DNA from: Porphyromonadaceae bacterium
GTDB lineage: Bacteria > Bacteroidota > Bacteroidia > Bacteroidales > UBA12481
DNA: 64,000 bases
Assembly (NCBI GenBank): GCA_007280905.1
Contig: QYQM01000038.1
Location: 744 to 64,743 of the forward strand
Direction: 5' to 3'
Shown one piece after another: positions 7,360-16,593 of the stretch. The position numbers and the translations under genes were made by a program. Under the pieces are notes generated by a model. The model saw only the letters and a program-made list of their open reading frames with translations. It had not been told where the DNA came from and did no database searches. The first letter of the stretch is position 1, and every line of letters begins with the position of its first letter.

Positions 7360-8628
7360 TCAGTTTGGATTAACGTTCCACAGGGCTTTCATCGGTTCGG
7401 GGTCAACATTGTTAGTCCCGTCCAGTACCAGATCGAGTTTTTTCATTTCAGCGGTTAGCCTTGATGTATTCATCCGGGCATAATGCTGGGTCATTGGGAT
7501 AGTGCTATGACCGAGTATTTGGGACAACACCTCTATCGGCATATTATTCGCCAAGGCGACAGTTGTAGCGAAGGTATGGCGGGCCAGGTGCGAGGAAATT
7601 TCCTTGGTTATCCCACACAGGTCGCCCACTTCTTTCAGGTAGGCATTCATCTTTTGATTCGACAGTACCGGAAATATCCGGTTCAGTTTCCGGCATGGGT
7701 GTTTTTGGTATTTTTCCACGAGCGATTGGGCCGTTTTCAGCAGCGGTATCGAAAGTTGCCGTTTTGTTTTCCTTCTCTTCTTCGATACTTGCCACGATCC
7801 ATCAGCCAATTTTATCAGGTGTCCAGGCGTAAGTTCCTTTACGTCCGAATAGGCCAATCCGGTATAACAGCAGAAGATGAACACATCAGCCACCTGTTGC
7901 AGCCGTTCAACCTTAAACGTACAATCAGTGATCAGGTTCAGCTCCTCAATCGTCAGGTATCCCCTATCCACCGGCTTCAGGCTCATCTTGATCTTATCAA
8001 ACGGGTTTCGGTTGATCCATTCGTTGTTTTCAGCAAACTGAATAAATCCTTTCAGGGTACGCATGGTTTTTACCGCTGTATTCGGCTGCTGATTCTTAAC
8101 GGCCCGAAGGAAGTGATCAAATCCAGTCAATACCTCATAAGTAAATCCGCTCATGGCAATGTCTTTCTCTTTATATTCCTGTTTGAGAAACGATTGCAGA
8201 TGAGTATAACACATCCGGTACTTCTGGATGGTGGGTTTGGTGATTTCCTTTCCGACCAGTTCAGCCTTTTTGTTAATGAAGCCATCAAGTTCCTGTAAAA
8301 AATACTTCTTGTCCGGATCAGCACCGTTGTACCGGGCTTTAATCGAAGCAGCAGTAACATCCCTGTCGATGTGTTCGAGTTCTTTCTGAACCTCATAAAC
8401 CCTATTCTGGCACTGCTGCAGGTAATCGTTCAACTGGGTTGCCTTAACGCTTCGGCTGGTTGATCGTCCTTTAGCCTGATCCCACTCTTTCGGGCGGATC
8501 ATTCGCTGAATGGCAATCTCAGCACGGATGCCGTTCACCGTTACCCTCATGAAGATGGGTACTTCCCCGTTAGCGTCCACTTTCTGACGCTTCAGGTAGA
8601 ACATGACTTTGAATGTTGCTCGTTTCAT
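7360..8628 (-). CDS. tyrosine-type site-specific integrase with N-terminal Arm DNA-binding domain (IntDOT/NBU-like)
   Basis: 422 aa. It starts MKRATFKVMFYLKRQKVDANGEVPIFMRVTVNG, typical of the Bacteroidota Arm domain. The C-terminus HLARHTFATT...LGHSTIPMTQHYAR carries the catalytic HxxR...H..Y box. Confidence 0.92.
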   Translation of the reverse strand: MKRATFKVMFYLKRQKVDANGEVPIFMRVTVNGIRAEIAIQRMIRPKEWDQAKGRSTSRSVKATQLNDYLQQCQNRVYEVQKELEHIDRDVTAASIKARYNGADPDKKYFLQELDGFINKKAELVGKEITKPTIQKYRMCYTHLQSFLKQEYKEKDIAMSGFTYEVLTGFDHFLRAVKNQQPNTAVKTMRTLKGFIQFAENNEWINRNPFDKIKMSLKPVDRGYLTIEELNLITDCTFKVERLQQVADVFIFCCYTGLAYSDVKELTPGHLIKLADGSWQVSKKRRKTKRQLSIPLLKTAQSLVEKYQKHPCRKLNRIFPVLSNQKMNAYLKEVGDLCGITKEISSHLARHTFATTVALANNMPIEVLSQILGHSTIPMTQHYARMNTSRLTAEMKKLDLVLDGTNNVDPEPMKALWNVNPN

Positions 8629-8697
8629 ATCGTAACTCCTTTAAAATTAATATGCTTCATCAACTTTACAAAGTACGCAAACGAGTTCTTGGGATCA

Positions 8698-8730
8698 TAA
8701 CGCAAGTTTCAGCATATTAGCGCATTGTGG
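8698..8730 (-). promoter_or_regulatory. second copy of the GCATATTAGCGCAT / TAACGCAAG motif, between the integrase start and tRNA-Ser
   Basis: The 14-mer at 8712-8725 is identical to 7183-7196. It lies 84-97 nt upstream of the integrase ATG and about 160 bp from the tRNA 3' end. Confidence 0.4.
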
Positions 8731-8884
8731 TACAAATCGAGACCTGTTGATAACTTTCCGCTGAGGTCTCTATTTGGACACTCCTATCGTGCGTTTCTGT
8801 GCCGGTCTGTGCGCTATCAACAAAAGGAAAAGCCGGAATTTGGTGTGATATTCAGGCTGGTGCGCTTCTGTGCTGTTTGGGTTG

Positions 8885-8971
<87 letters not shown>

Positions 8972-9092
8972 TGTTGTGAGCGCAAAAGTAAGAAATTTTC
9001 AATATTCTTACCGCGACTGATTTCGATTCAACCATTTAACACAACTTTGCAGCACTAAATACGAAGATATGCAAGGATTCATGGATGAAGTG

Positions 9093-9148
9093 TGTCGGGT
9101 ATCAGGTATCGGGTATCAGGAAGAGGGTGTCGGGTATCGGGTACCAGG
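9093..9148. repeat. heptamer tandem array (TRTCRGG)x8
   Basis: Units read tgtcggg tatcagg tatcggg tatcagg aagaggg tgtcggg tatcggg taccagg. Confidence 0.85.
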
Positions 9149-9193
9149 TATAGAAGAGCATATTTTACCAGAAAATTTAGCCGTTGCTCCACC

Positions 9194-9232
9194 CCCCCTC
9201 TCCCGCGACCGGAGGGAGCGCGGGAGAGGGGG
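9194..9232. repeat. perfect 14-bp-stem GC-rich hairpin
   Basis: ccccctctcccgcg (9194-9207), then an 11-nt loop, then cgcgggagaggggg (9219-9232). Confidence 0.85.
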
Positions 9233-9324
9233 CCGGGGGGTGAGGTGGATCGCCAGGGAGTGCCGTGGTAAGCGACGGGGTTACAATAGAGGCCCCAGCG
9301 AAGCTCCGTTCTCGAAGCGACGGT

Positions 9325-9347
9325 GTCCCGGCCTTCGCGGGGATGAC
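9325..9347. repeat. REP-like hairpin element, copy a (variant)
   Basis: gtcccggccttcgcggggatgac, one mismatch relative to the consensus gtccccgccttcgcggggatgac. Confidence 0.8.
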
Positions 9348-9383
9348 AACGCTATCGCGGCGAATGCAGTACAGCGTCAAGAG

Positions 9384-9406
9384 GTCCCCGCCTTCGCGGG
9401 GATGAC
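9384..9406. repeat. REP-like hairpin element, copy b
   Basis: gtccccgccttcgcggggatgac. The stem is tccccgc/gcgggga around loop cttc. The sequence contains the ATG at 9402. Confidence 0.85.
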
Positions 9407-10106
9407 AAGTGCTTCGAGGGCAGTACTAAAGCTGTCACTCGTCACTCGTCACCTGTCACTACTCTTTCTTCTCTTATCGTTCTCACTCTTCTCTCTTAAC
9501 GTTCATGCTCAATCTGTTCACATCGGGTTACTGAAATATTCCGGCGGAGGCGACTGGTATGTTAACCCCACCTCCCTGCCAAATCTGATCAGGTTCTGCA
9601 ATGAGACTATGCATACCGATATTGCCAAAGATCCGGTTACGATTGAACCTGGCAGCCGGGATATTTTCTCGCTGCCTTTTGTTCACATGACCGGCCACGG
9701 CAATGTCCTTTTTTCCCCCCAGGAAGCTGAAAACCTCCGGCAATACCTTCTGGGAGGCGGATTCCTTCATATCGATGATAATTATGGACTGGATCAGTTT
9801 GCGCGGCGTGAAATGAAAAAGGTGTTCCCGGAGCTTGATTTTGTGGAATTGCCAGCCTCACACCCGGTTTTCCAGAAACCCAACCTGTTTCCGGAAGGGT
9901 TACCCAAAATTCATGAACATGATGGCAAACGGCCGCAAGGGTTCGGACTGATATGGGAAGGAAGATTGGTCTGCTTTTATTCGTATGAAAGCGATCTCGG
10001 CGACGGATGGGAAGACCCCCAAGTTCACAATGACTCACAAGAAACAAGGCTCAAGGCCCTCAAAATGGGCGCGAATCTGGTACATTATGTGTTCACCGAG
10101 AAATAA
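9402..10106 (+). CDS. secreted DUF4159-like protein (start uncertain)
   Basis: The C-terminal 230 aa of tracked ORF 9069..10106 has a signal peptide (LLFLLLSFSLFSLNVHAQ) followed by LKYSGGGDWYVNPTSLPNL...HIDDNYG. The first 111 tracked residues are translated repeats (VPAFAGMT and similar). Confidence 0.65.
   Translation: MTSASRAVLKLSLVTRHLSLLFLLLSFSLFSLNVHAQSVHIGLLKYSGGGDWYVNPTSLPNLIRFCNETMHTDIAKDPVTIEPGSRDIFSLPFVHMTGHGNVLFSPQEAENLRQYLLGGGFLHIDDNYGLDQFARREMKKVFPELDFVELPASHPVFQKPNLFPEGLPKIHEHDGKRPQGFGLIWEGRLVCFYSYESDLGDGWEDPQVHNDSQETRLKALKMGANLVHYVFTEK
9434..9461. repeat. heptamer tandem array (GTCACYN)x4
   Basis: Units read gtcactc gtcactc gtcacct gtcacta. The array lies inside the predicted n-region of the downstream signal peptide. 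Confidence 0.8.
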
Positions 10107-10138
10107 GTCTTTTACTAGTTTTGGAGTAGCGTGACGGG

Positions 10139-10161
10139 GTCCCCGCCTTCGCGGGGATGAC
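10139..10161. repeat. REP-like hairpin element, copy c
   Basis: gtccccgccttcgcggggatgac, identical to copy b. It sits between two convergent genes. Confidence 0.85.
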
Positions 10162-10201
10162 ACTTCTACCGAGGGAAAGCACTGGCTCACTCCCTCCTTC
10201 A

Positions 10202-10393
10202 TCAGGAGGAGGCAGGGGGAGATACTTCCTCACGTTCCTCATGTTTCGGCTTTCTTCCCGCCTTTTTGAGCGCGTCACTGATTATCCATTCAAGCTGTCC
10301 GTTTGTGCTGCGGAATTCATCGGCCGCCCACTTTTCCAATGCATCGTACATTTCGGAATTCAACCGGAGCACAAAGGACTTCTTCTTGTTCAT
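10202..10393 (-). CDS. small Arc/ribbon-helix-helix-like DNA-binding protein (tentative)
   Basis: 63 aa. The start MNKKKSFVLRLNSEMYDALEKWAADEFRSTNGQLEWIISDAL matches the Arc-type beta-alpha-alpha pattern (basic start, SF.LRL strand, RS.N). It begins 6 nt downstream of the SPFH gene. Confidence 0.5.
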   Translation of the reverse strand: MNKKKSFVLRLNSEMYDALEKWAADEFRSTNGQLEWIISDALKKAGRKPKHEEREEVSPPASS

Positions 10394-10399
10394 AATCCG

Positions 10400-11260
10400 C
10401 TAATTGTGCAGTGTCCCTGCATTGATGATCGGTTGGGCGGAAACATCCGAACATAATACCACCATCAGGTTCGACACCATCGCTGCTTTTCGCTCTTCAT
10501 CCAATTCAATGATTCCCTTCTCTGATAACTGGGTCAGGGCCATCTGTACCATTCCCACAGCTCCTTCAACAATCTTCGAACGTGCAGCCACAACTGCCGC
10601 AGCCTGCTGCCGGCGAAGCATGGCACCTGCAATCTCCGATGCATAGGCCAATGAATTGATTCGGGCCTCGATAACCTTGATTCCGGCAATATTCAATCGC
10701 TCAATAAGTTCCCTGGCAAGCTGCTCATTTACTTCATCCACACCCGAACGTAGGGTGATCTCAGCTTTCTGATCCTCGAAGTTGTCATACGGATAAATCC
10801 CGGCGAGCTTTCTTAATGCCGCATCACTCTGAACCGTTACAAAGTGTTCGAATTCGTCCACCTCAAAGGCAGCTTTGAAGGTATTCTCCACTTTCCACAC
10901 CAATACCAGGCCAATCATGATTGGATTGCCCACACTGTCGTTAACCTTTATGGGTGCCCCGTCGAAGTTACGTGCCCGTAAGGATAGTTTCTTCCTTACA
11001 ATCAATGGATTGAACCAAAAGAAACCATTGTCTTTAATGGAACCCACGTATTTTCCGAACAGCACCAGCACCAGCGATTCATTCGGGTTAACAACCGCTA
11101 AACCCACCATACCGAATAAGCTGATCATCATTACCGGTATATACACGTAGATCAGTTGCTGATAATAAATCGTGCCCAGCACAGCACCCACTGCCAGGAG
11201 AAGGCAGATGGCGAGCATCACAAAACCATTCTTTCCTTTAAATTCTGATTCGTTTTTCAT
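10400..11260 (-). CDS. SPFH/band-7 (stomatin/prohibitin-like) membrane protein
   Basis: 286 aa. Two N-terminal TM segments are followed by a band-7 core with an Ala/Gln-rich helix (EIAGAMLRRQQAAAVVAARSKIVEGAVGMV). Confidence 0.85.
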   Translation of the reverse strand: MKNESEFKGKNGFVMLAICLLLAVGAVLGTIYYQQLIYVYIPVMMISLFGMVGLAVVNPNESLVLVLFGKYVGSIKDNGFFWFNPLIVRKKLSLRARNFDGAPIKVNDSVGNPIMIGLVLVWKVENTFKAAFEVDEFEHFVTVQSDAALRKLAGIYPYDNFEDQKAEITLRSGVDEVNEQLARELIERLNIAGIKVIEARINSLAYASEIAGAMLRRQQAAAVVAARSKIVEGAVGMVQMALTQLSEKGIIELDEERKAAMVSNLMVVLCSDVSAQPIINAGTLHN

Positions 11261-11377
11261 ATTGATATCATTTTGATATCACAAATGTAAAACGTTCAAT
11301 AATTCTGACCAAAATTTTTCGCATAAAAAAGCTGCCCCAGTTAACCCGGAACAGCTTTCTCATTGAACTAGAGGTAG

Positions 11378-11596
11378 TTAATTTTTGTAAATTTCAATCT
11401 CATCGAGCAGAATCGAAGGCATCGAGGTGTAGGATCTGGCAAAACCCAGTATGTTTCGAACCGCGTCGTCAGGCGCGCGGACTAACATATCAGAATCGAT
11501 TTCTTCCATCAGGTTAATTTCTTCCACTAGCCTGCCATTTTCCACATTGCCTAATTCTTTATGGACGAGAAAGTAAAGGGTAGATAAGTTTGTCAT
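11378..11596 (-). CDS. hypothetical protein (72 aa)
   Basis: Tracked ORF downstream of the sigma gene on the same strand. No motif recognised. Confidence 0.35.
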   Translation of the reverse strand: MTNLSTLYFLVHKELGNVENGRLVEEINLMEEIDSDMLVRAPDDAVRNILGFARSYTSMPSILLDEIEIYKN

Positions 11597-11672
11597 AGGC
11601 GCATCATGTATTATTTATTAGTGTTATTTTGATTGTAAAACGTCTCAGGAGGTCCCATAGTATAATTTTGAT

Positions 11673-11709
11673 AAAAAAAAATCAAAAAAAACCCCGGCAG
11701 GTACCGGGG
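11673..11709 (-). terminator. intrinsic terminator after the sigma-factor gene
   Basis: Stem ccccgg (11692-11697) pairs with ccgggg (11704-11709). On the minus strand the hairpin is followed by a long T-run (the plus-strand A-run at 11673-11691). It lies 20 nt after the stop codon at 11729. Confidence 0.7.
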
Positions 11710-11728
11710 CTATTCTTTCAATCTTCAA

Positions 11729-12319
11729 CTATGACATGGTCAGCGTTAACTGCTTGTCTTTCATCATCTTACGCATATTGATGAGTGCATATCGCATTCT
11801 TCCAAGCGCGGTATTGATACTAACTCCGGTTTGGTCGGCAATCTCCTTGAAACTCAACCCGCAATAATGGCGCAGATATACCACCTGTTTCTGATCATCC
11901 GGCAACAGATCGACGAGCATTCGTACTTCACTCAATACCTGGTTTTGCACAATGGTTTCCTCAATATTCAACTCAGCCAGTTTACGGTTGTTGAACAGGT
12001 CCATATCGCCTGATTCATTGGGAACGGTATTGAGCAGCTTCTGCTTCCGGTAATGATCAATAATTAGGTTATGAGCTATCCGGAGTACCCATGACAAGAA
12101 TTTCCCCTTATCATAATAGTGCCCCTTGTTGAGCGATTTGATCACTTTGATAAATGTGTCCTGAAAAATATCTTCGGCCAGGTGTTGATTCTTAACGATC
12201 AACAGGATATAGGTGTATACCCGGTTTTTATGTCTCTTGATTAGCTCTTCTATGCAGATCTGGTCACCTGCAATGTACTGTTGAACAAGGGCATAATCAT
12301 CCAGATTATGAAAATTCAA
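11729..12319 (-). CDS. RNA polymerase sigma-70 family, ECF-type sigma factor
   Basis: 196 aa. Region 2 reads AEDIFQDTFIKV...WVLRIAHNLIIDHYRKQ. Region 4 HTH reads LRHYCGLSFKEIADQTGVSINTALGRMRYA. Confidence 0.9.
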   Translation of the reverse strand: MNFHNLDDYALVQQYIAGDQICIEELIKRHKNRVYTYILLIVKNQHLAEDIFQDTFIKVIKSLNKGHYYDKGKFLSWVLRIAHNLIIDHYRKQKLLNTVPNESGDMDLFNNRKLAELNIEETIVQNQVLSEVRMLVDLLPDDQKQVVYLRHYCGLSFKEIADQTGVSINTALGRMRYALINMRKMMKDKQLTLTMS

Positions 12320-12500
12320 AACTACCTCCTTTTTAAGATTAACACAGAAGTAGAATTCCCTCGATAACAGTCCTCCTTTTAGCTTTGTTTAACGTTTCTA
12401 AATTCAGAACGCAAGTATACAAATATTATTTTACAACAAACATATTTTTTCGTCCTGATTAAAATGATCTACCTTTACACCCCGAAATTCATCAAAAATC

Positions 12501-15317
12501 ATGCCCGGATACAGCTCTGATGCGGAGAACAATATACTGATAAAAGGAGCAAGAGTTCACAACCTTAAAAACGTAGACCTTTCGATCCCCCGCGATAAGC
12601 TGATTGTTATAACCGGCTTGTCGGGATCCGGGAAATCCTCTCTGGCATTCGACACGCTATACGCTGAAGGTCAGCGCCGTTACGTTGAAAGCTTATCATC
12701 GTATGCCCGGCAGTTTCTGGGCCGCCTCGATAAACCGGATGTGGATCTGATAACGGGGATTCCACCGGCGATCGCAATCGAACAGAGGGTGAACACCCGT
12801 AATCCACGGTCGACCGTTGGCACCTCTACTGAGATTTATGATTATCTAAAGCTTATGTTTGCCCGGATCGGGGAAACTTTTTCACCGGTGAGCGGGAATA
12901 GGGTGAATAAGCACCAGGTGCAGGATGTTGTGGAAAGGATAATGAGCTTGCCCGTGAGTGCTCAGATCCTGATTCTGGCGCCCTTGCACAAGCCCGAAGA
13001 CCGGTCGCTGCGAGTACATCTGGAAATTCTTGTGCAACAGGGATATACGCGAATTGAAGATGACGGACAGATCAGGAAGATATCTGAAGTTCTCGATCCT
13101 TCATACCCCCTTTGCGAAACCTGTCCGTTTGATATTCTGATCGACCGGGTGTTTATCGGACAAGAGGAAGATCTTCAGGCCCGGGTCGGAGATTCGGTTG
13201 AAACGGCCTTTTTTGAAGGAAAGGGTGAATGCACACTGAAAATTTTCCAGAATGGCGATTATCTGGAAGAGCAATATTCCAACCGTTTTGAGATGGATGG
13301 AATTCTCTTTGAAGAGCCGAGCGTTCACCTGTTCAGTTTCAATAATCCCCTGGGTGCCTGCCCGGTTTGTGAAGGTTTCGGTACAACCATTGGCATCGAT
13401 GAAGATCTCGTTGTTCCCAATACCAACCTGTCGGTCTTTGAGGAAGCCATTGTTTGCTGGAAAGGCGAGAAAATGTCGGCATGGAAGGACCAGCTCCTTT
13501 TAACAGCCCATAATTTTGATTTCCCGATCCATCGTCCATTCTATCAGCTCAATGAACAGGAACGACAGCTATTGTGGACCGGCAACGAATGGTTCCAGGG
13601 CCTTCATGCCTTCTTTTCCCACCTGGAGGAAAAATCGTATAAAATCCAGTATCGCGTAATGCTGGCACGCTACCGTGGTAAAACTATCTGCCCCGAATGC
13701 CTGGGCTCGCGGCTCCGGAAAGAGGCCCGCTGGGTGAAAATCGGAGAAAAATCGATTACCGACTTGGTAAAACTTCCTGTATCTGAATTGATTACATTTT
13801 TTGATTCACTTAAGCTGGATGCTCATCGGGAGTACATTGCCGGACGTTTACTGACTGAAATCCGCAACCGGTTGACCTATTTATCGGAGGTAGGGCTCGG
13901 CTATCTTACGCTTAACCGTACCTCCAATACCTTATCAGGCGGCGAGTCGCAGCGTATCAACCTGGCCGGATCGCTCGGCAGCAGCCTGGTAGGCTCATTG
14001 TATATTCTCGATGAACCGAGTATCGGCCTGCACCCGCGTGATACACGCAGATTAATTAAGGTTCTCAAACGTTTGCGCGATCTGGGCAATACGGTCCTGG
14101 TGGTGGAGCACGATGAAGAGATTATCCGGTCGGCCGATTACATAATAGATATTGGTCCGGGTGCCGGAAGATTCGGCGGAGAGGTGATTTTTCAGGGAAC
14201 TCATGACCAGCTGTCATTACAAAGTAAAGGTCTTACTGCCAGATATTTATCGGGTCTCGAAAAAATTGCGGTTCCGGAAATCAGGAGGAAATGGAATAGT
14301 TTCATCGAATTGAAAGGTGCCGGCGAGAATAACCTGAAAGCAATAAATGTATTATTTCCGCTGGAGATAATGACAGTTGTTACGGGGGTCAGCGGATCGG
14401 GAAAATCAACCCTGGTAAATAAAACACTCTTCCCTGCACTCAACAAGCGCATCAATGGTGCCGGGGAGCGAACAGGCCGCTACGGAACCCTCACGGGCGA
14501 CCTGCACCGGATTTCGCAGGTGGAACTCATTGACCAGAACCCAATTGGGAAAAGCTCCAGATCGAACCCCGTTACCTATATCAAGGCCTGGGACGAGGTA
14601 CGCAAACTTATGGCAGAACTGCACTTATCTGAAATGAACGGCTACAAGGCTTCTCATTTTTCATTTAACGTTGATGGTGGCCGCTGCGAGGAGTGCCAGG
14701 GTGAGGGGGTGATCAAGGTGGAGATGCAGTTTATGGCAGATGTTTATCTCACCTGTGAGCATTGCCACGGAACCCGGTTCAGGGATGAGATACTGGAAGT
14801 GCGTTATGCCGGCAAAAACGTTCACGATATGCTGGAGATGTCGGTGAGCGAATCTCTTGAATTTTTTTCCTCACAAAAGGATCACTCCGCAAAAAAAATT
14901 GCCCAAAAGCTTCAGCCATTGTCAGATGTGGGCCTGGGGTATGTAAAACTCGGACAGTCGTCGTCAACTCTATCCGGCGGCGAGAGCCAGCGAATCAAAT
15001 TAGCTTCATTCCTGACCCGCGGCCATGATGCAGGTCATACGCTTTTTATCTTTGATGAGCCTACAACCGGCTTGCATTTTGATGATATCAAAACACTGCT
15101 GAAAGCCTTTGATGCCCTTCTGGATCGTGGTCATACCCTGATCATTATCGAGCATAATCCTGAAATAATAAAAAATGCCGACTGGGTTATTGATCTCGGC
15201 CCGGAAGGCGGCTCTGAAGGAGGAAACCTGATTTTTGCCGGTACACCAGAAGACCTGGCTCAATGCAAAGAATCCTACACTGCACAATATATAATCGCAA
15301 AACTTAAAAACCGATGA
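12501..15317 (+). CDS. uvrA: excinuclease ABC subunit A
   Basis: 938 aa. Two ABC ATPase modules are present ([20 protein letters not shown]; LSGGESQRI twice), together with zinc-finger CxxC pairs. Confidence 0.97.
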   Translation: MPGYSSDAENNILIKGARVHNLKNVDLSIPRDKLIVITGLSGSGKSSLAFDTLYAEGQRRYVESLSSYARQFLGRLDKPDVDLITGIPPAIAIEQRVNTRNPRSTVGTSTEIYDYLKLMFARIGETFSPVSGNRVNKHQVQDVVERIMSLPVSAQILILAPLHKPEDRSLRVHLEILVQQGYTRIEDDGQIRKISEVLDPSYPLCETCPFDILIDRVFIGQEEDLQARVGDSVETAFFEGKGECTLKIFQNGDYLEEQYSNRFEMDGILFEEPSVHLFSFNNPLGACPVCEGFGTTIGIDEDLVVPNTNLSVFEEAIVCWKGEKMSAWKDQLLLTAHNFDFPIHRPFYQLNEQERQLLWTGNEWFQGLHAFFSHLEEKSYKIQYRVMLARYRGKTICPECLGSRLRKEARWVKIGEKSITDLVKLPVSELITFFDSLKLDAHREYIAGRLLTEIRNRLTYLSEVGLGYLTLNRTSNTLSGGESQRINLAGSLGSSLVGSLYILDEPSIGLHPRDTRRLIKVLKRLRDLGNTVLVVEHDEEIIRSADYIIDIGPGAGRFGGEVIFQGTHDQLSLQSKGLTARYLSGLEKIAVPEIRRKWNSFIELKGAGENNLKAINVLFPLEIMTVVTGVSGSGKSTLVNKTLFPALNKRINGAGERTGRYGTLTGDLHRISQVELIDQNPIGKSSRSNPVTYIKAWDEVRKLMAELHLSEMNGYKASHFSFNVDGGRCEECQGEGVIKVEMQFMADVYLTCEHCHGTRFRDEILEVRYAGKNVHDMLEMSVSESLEFFSSQKDHSAKKIAQKLQPLSDVGLGYVKLGQSSSTLSGGESQRIKLASFLTRGHDAGHTLFIFDEPTTGLHFDDIKTLLKAFDALLDRGHTLIIIEHNPEIIKNADWVIDLGPEGGSEGGNLIFAGTPEDLAQCKESYTAQYIIAKLKNR

Positions 15318-15844
15318 CTGCAGAAAAATCATCAATAACCTCAGCGGAATTGATCAAACAGCTGGAATCGAAAGATCCGGCAGTGGTTTTACAAACATTG
15401 AATAAACTTGAGAAGGTTGGAAATATCAACGACCTGCCGTCGATTATCAAGGTGATGGCTGGTGTTGCCGAGCCCAGACCACTAAATGATTTTACCTCGT
15501 TCCTGTCCAATATCCGGTCGAAACAAGCTCCTGCAATACTTGCTCAGTTTCTGGCAGATCCCGCATCTGCTAAAATCCGGGTTGAACTGGTCCGCTCCTG
15601 CTGGGAATCTCAACTCGATTATAGTCCGCACCTGATACTTTTTGCACATTTATTCATAGCCGGTGATTATATTCTTGCTCTGGAAGCTTTCACCGTAATC
15701 GAAAACACATGTCTTGAACGCCCTGTGCAAAAGGGATTGCTGAGAGAAATATCCATCCTGATAAAAAACAGTCTCCCGGATCAGCCTGAAACAAAGCAGC
15801 GCCTGGTAAAGGAACTTATCCTGGTTCTGGACCGTACATCTTAG
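15314..15844 (+). CDS. hypothetical helical protein (176 aa)
   Basis: An ATGA overlap with the uvrA stop suggests co-translation. No family motif recognised. Confidence 0.5.
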   Translation: MTAEKSSITSAELIKQLESKDPAVVLQTLNKLEKVGNINDLPSIIKVMAGVAEPRPLNDFTSFLSNIRSKQAPAILAQFLADPASAKIRVELVRSCWESQLDYSPHLILFAHLFIAGDYILALEAFTVIENTCLERPVQKGLLREISILIKNSLPDQPETKQRLVKELILVLDRTS

Positions 15845-15923
15845 GCGGTTGTTAATTGAGCCAAGGCAGGAGGAATATATATCCGCGTGCAAATCCCGAC
15901 CAGGTTTTCCGAAGAACCGGGGC

Positions 15924-16589
15924 TTACCGGTTACCGAATATCTTTGTCCCGATCCTGACAATGGTACTCCCCTCCTCTATCGCAATAAGATAATCACCTG
16001 ACATCCCAATAGATAATTGATTAAAGGATGGATCCTCCCGGAAGAATTCGCTTCTGAATTTATTGAAAAAGGATTTTATTCCACGGAATTCCTTTCTGAT
16101 CTGATCCGTATCATCTGTAAATGTTGCCATTCCCATTAATCCACATATCCGAACTCCGGACAAAGGATGTTGTCGGATACTGATCAGCAGGTCGTTAACC
16201 TCTCCTTCATCGAGACCGAATTTCGTTTCTTCGGAAGCAATATACATTTGCAACAGGCAGTCGATGACCCGGTCATTCTTTAGGGCCTGGGCTGAAATCT
16301 CTTCAAGAAGTTTCAATGAATCAACCGATTGGATCATTGAAATAAACGATGCGATATATTTTACCTTATTGGTTTGAAGATGGCCGATCAGATGCCATTG
16401 GATATCAGGCCGGAGGACCGGGTGTTTTAAAAGCAATTCCTGCACACGGTTTTCGCCGAAAACCCGCTGGCCGGCCTGATAAGCTTCCATGACTGCCTCA
16501 GAAGGTTGATTTTTGGAGACTGCGACAAGCATTGCCTGATCGCCGATTTCGCGGCGGATAAAATTCAGATTATGTTCGATACTGTTCAT
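15924..16589 (-). CDS. yggS: YggS-family pyridoxal-phosphate homeostasis protein
   Basis: Motifs AVSKNQP, GHLQTNKVK and LSIGMSGDY. I trimmed the start to the internal ATG (MNSIEHNL) because the tracked N-terminus overlaps the upstream gene. Confidence 0.82.
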   Translation of the reverse strand: MNSIEHNLNFIRREIGDQAMLVAVSKNQPSEAVMEAYQAGQRVFGENRVQELLLKHPVLRPDIQWHLIGHLQTNKVKYIASFISMIQSVDSLKLLEEISAQALKNDRVIDCLLQMYIASEETKFGLDEGEVNDLLISIRQHPLSGVRICGLMGMATFTDDTDQIRKEFRGIKSFFNKFRSEFFREDPSFNQLSIGMSGDYLIAIEEGSTIVRIGTKIFGNR

Positions 16590-16593
16590 CACA

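Larger units (their letters stand above)
1..8884. mobile_element. tRNA-Ser-associated genomic island (integrative element); left boundary not in window
   Basis: An Arm-type tyrosine integrase (7360-8628) lies 257 bp from the 3' end of tRNA-Ser (8885). Two further recombinases, a helicase and orphan genes lie to its left. Housekeeping genes begin only to the right of the tRNA. Confidence 0.6.

Noticed and set aside
7483-8298. Long antisense ORFs opposite well-supported genes (for example 7483..8298, 23055..23750, 38736..39323, 39909..40640, 33251..34036, 5664..6200)
   Set aside because: Each lies entirely within a gene on the other strand that has clear family motifs. The antisense products are low-complexity, or Ser/Pro/Arg-rich, and have no motifs.
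9069-9401. N-terminal 111 residues of tracked ORF 9069..10106
   Set aside because: This part is a read-through of heptamer repeats, a GC hairpin and two REP copies (peptides GIGYQEEGVGYR, RERGRGGRG, VPAFAGMT). The recognisable protein begins only at the signal peptide after 9402.
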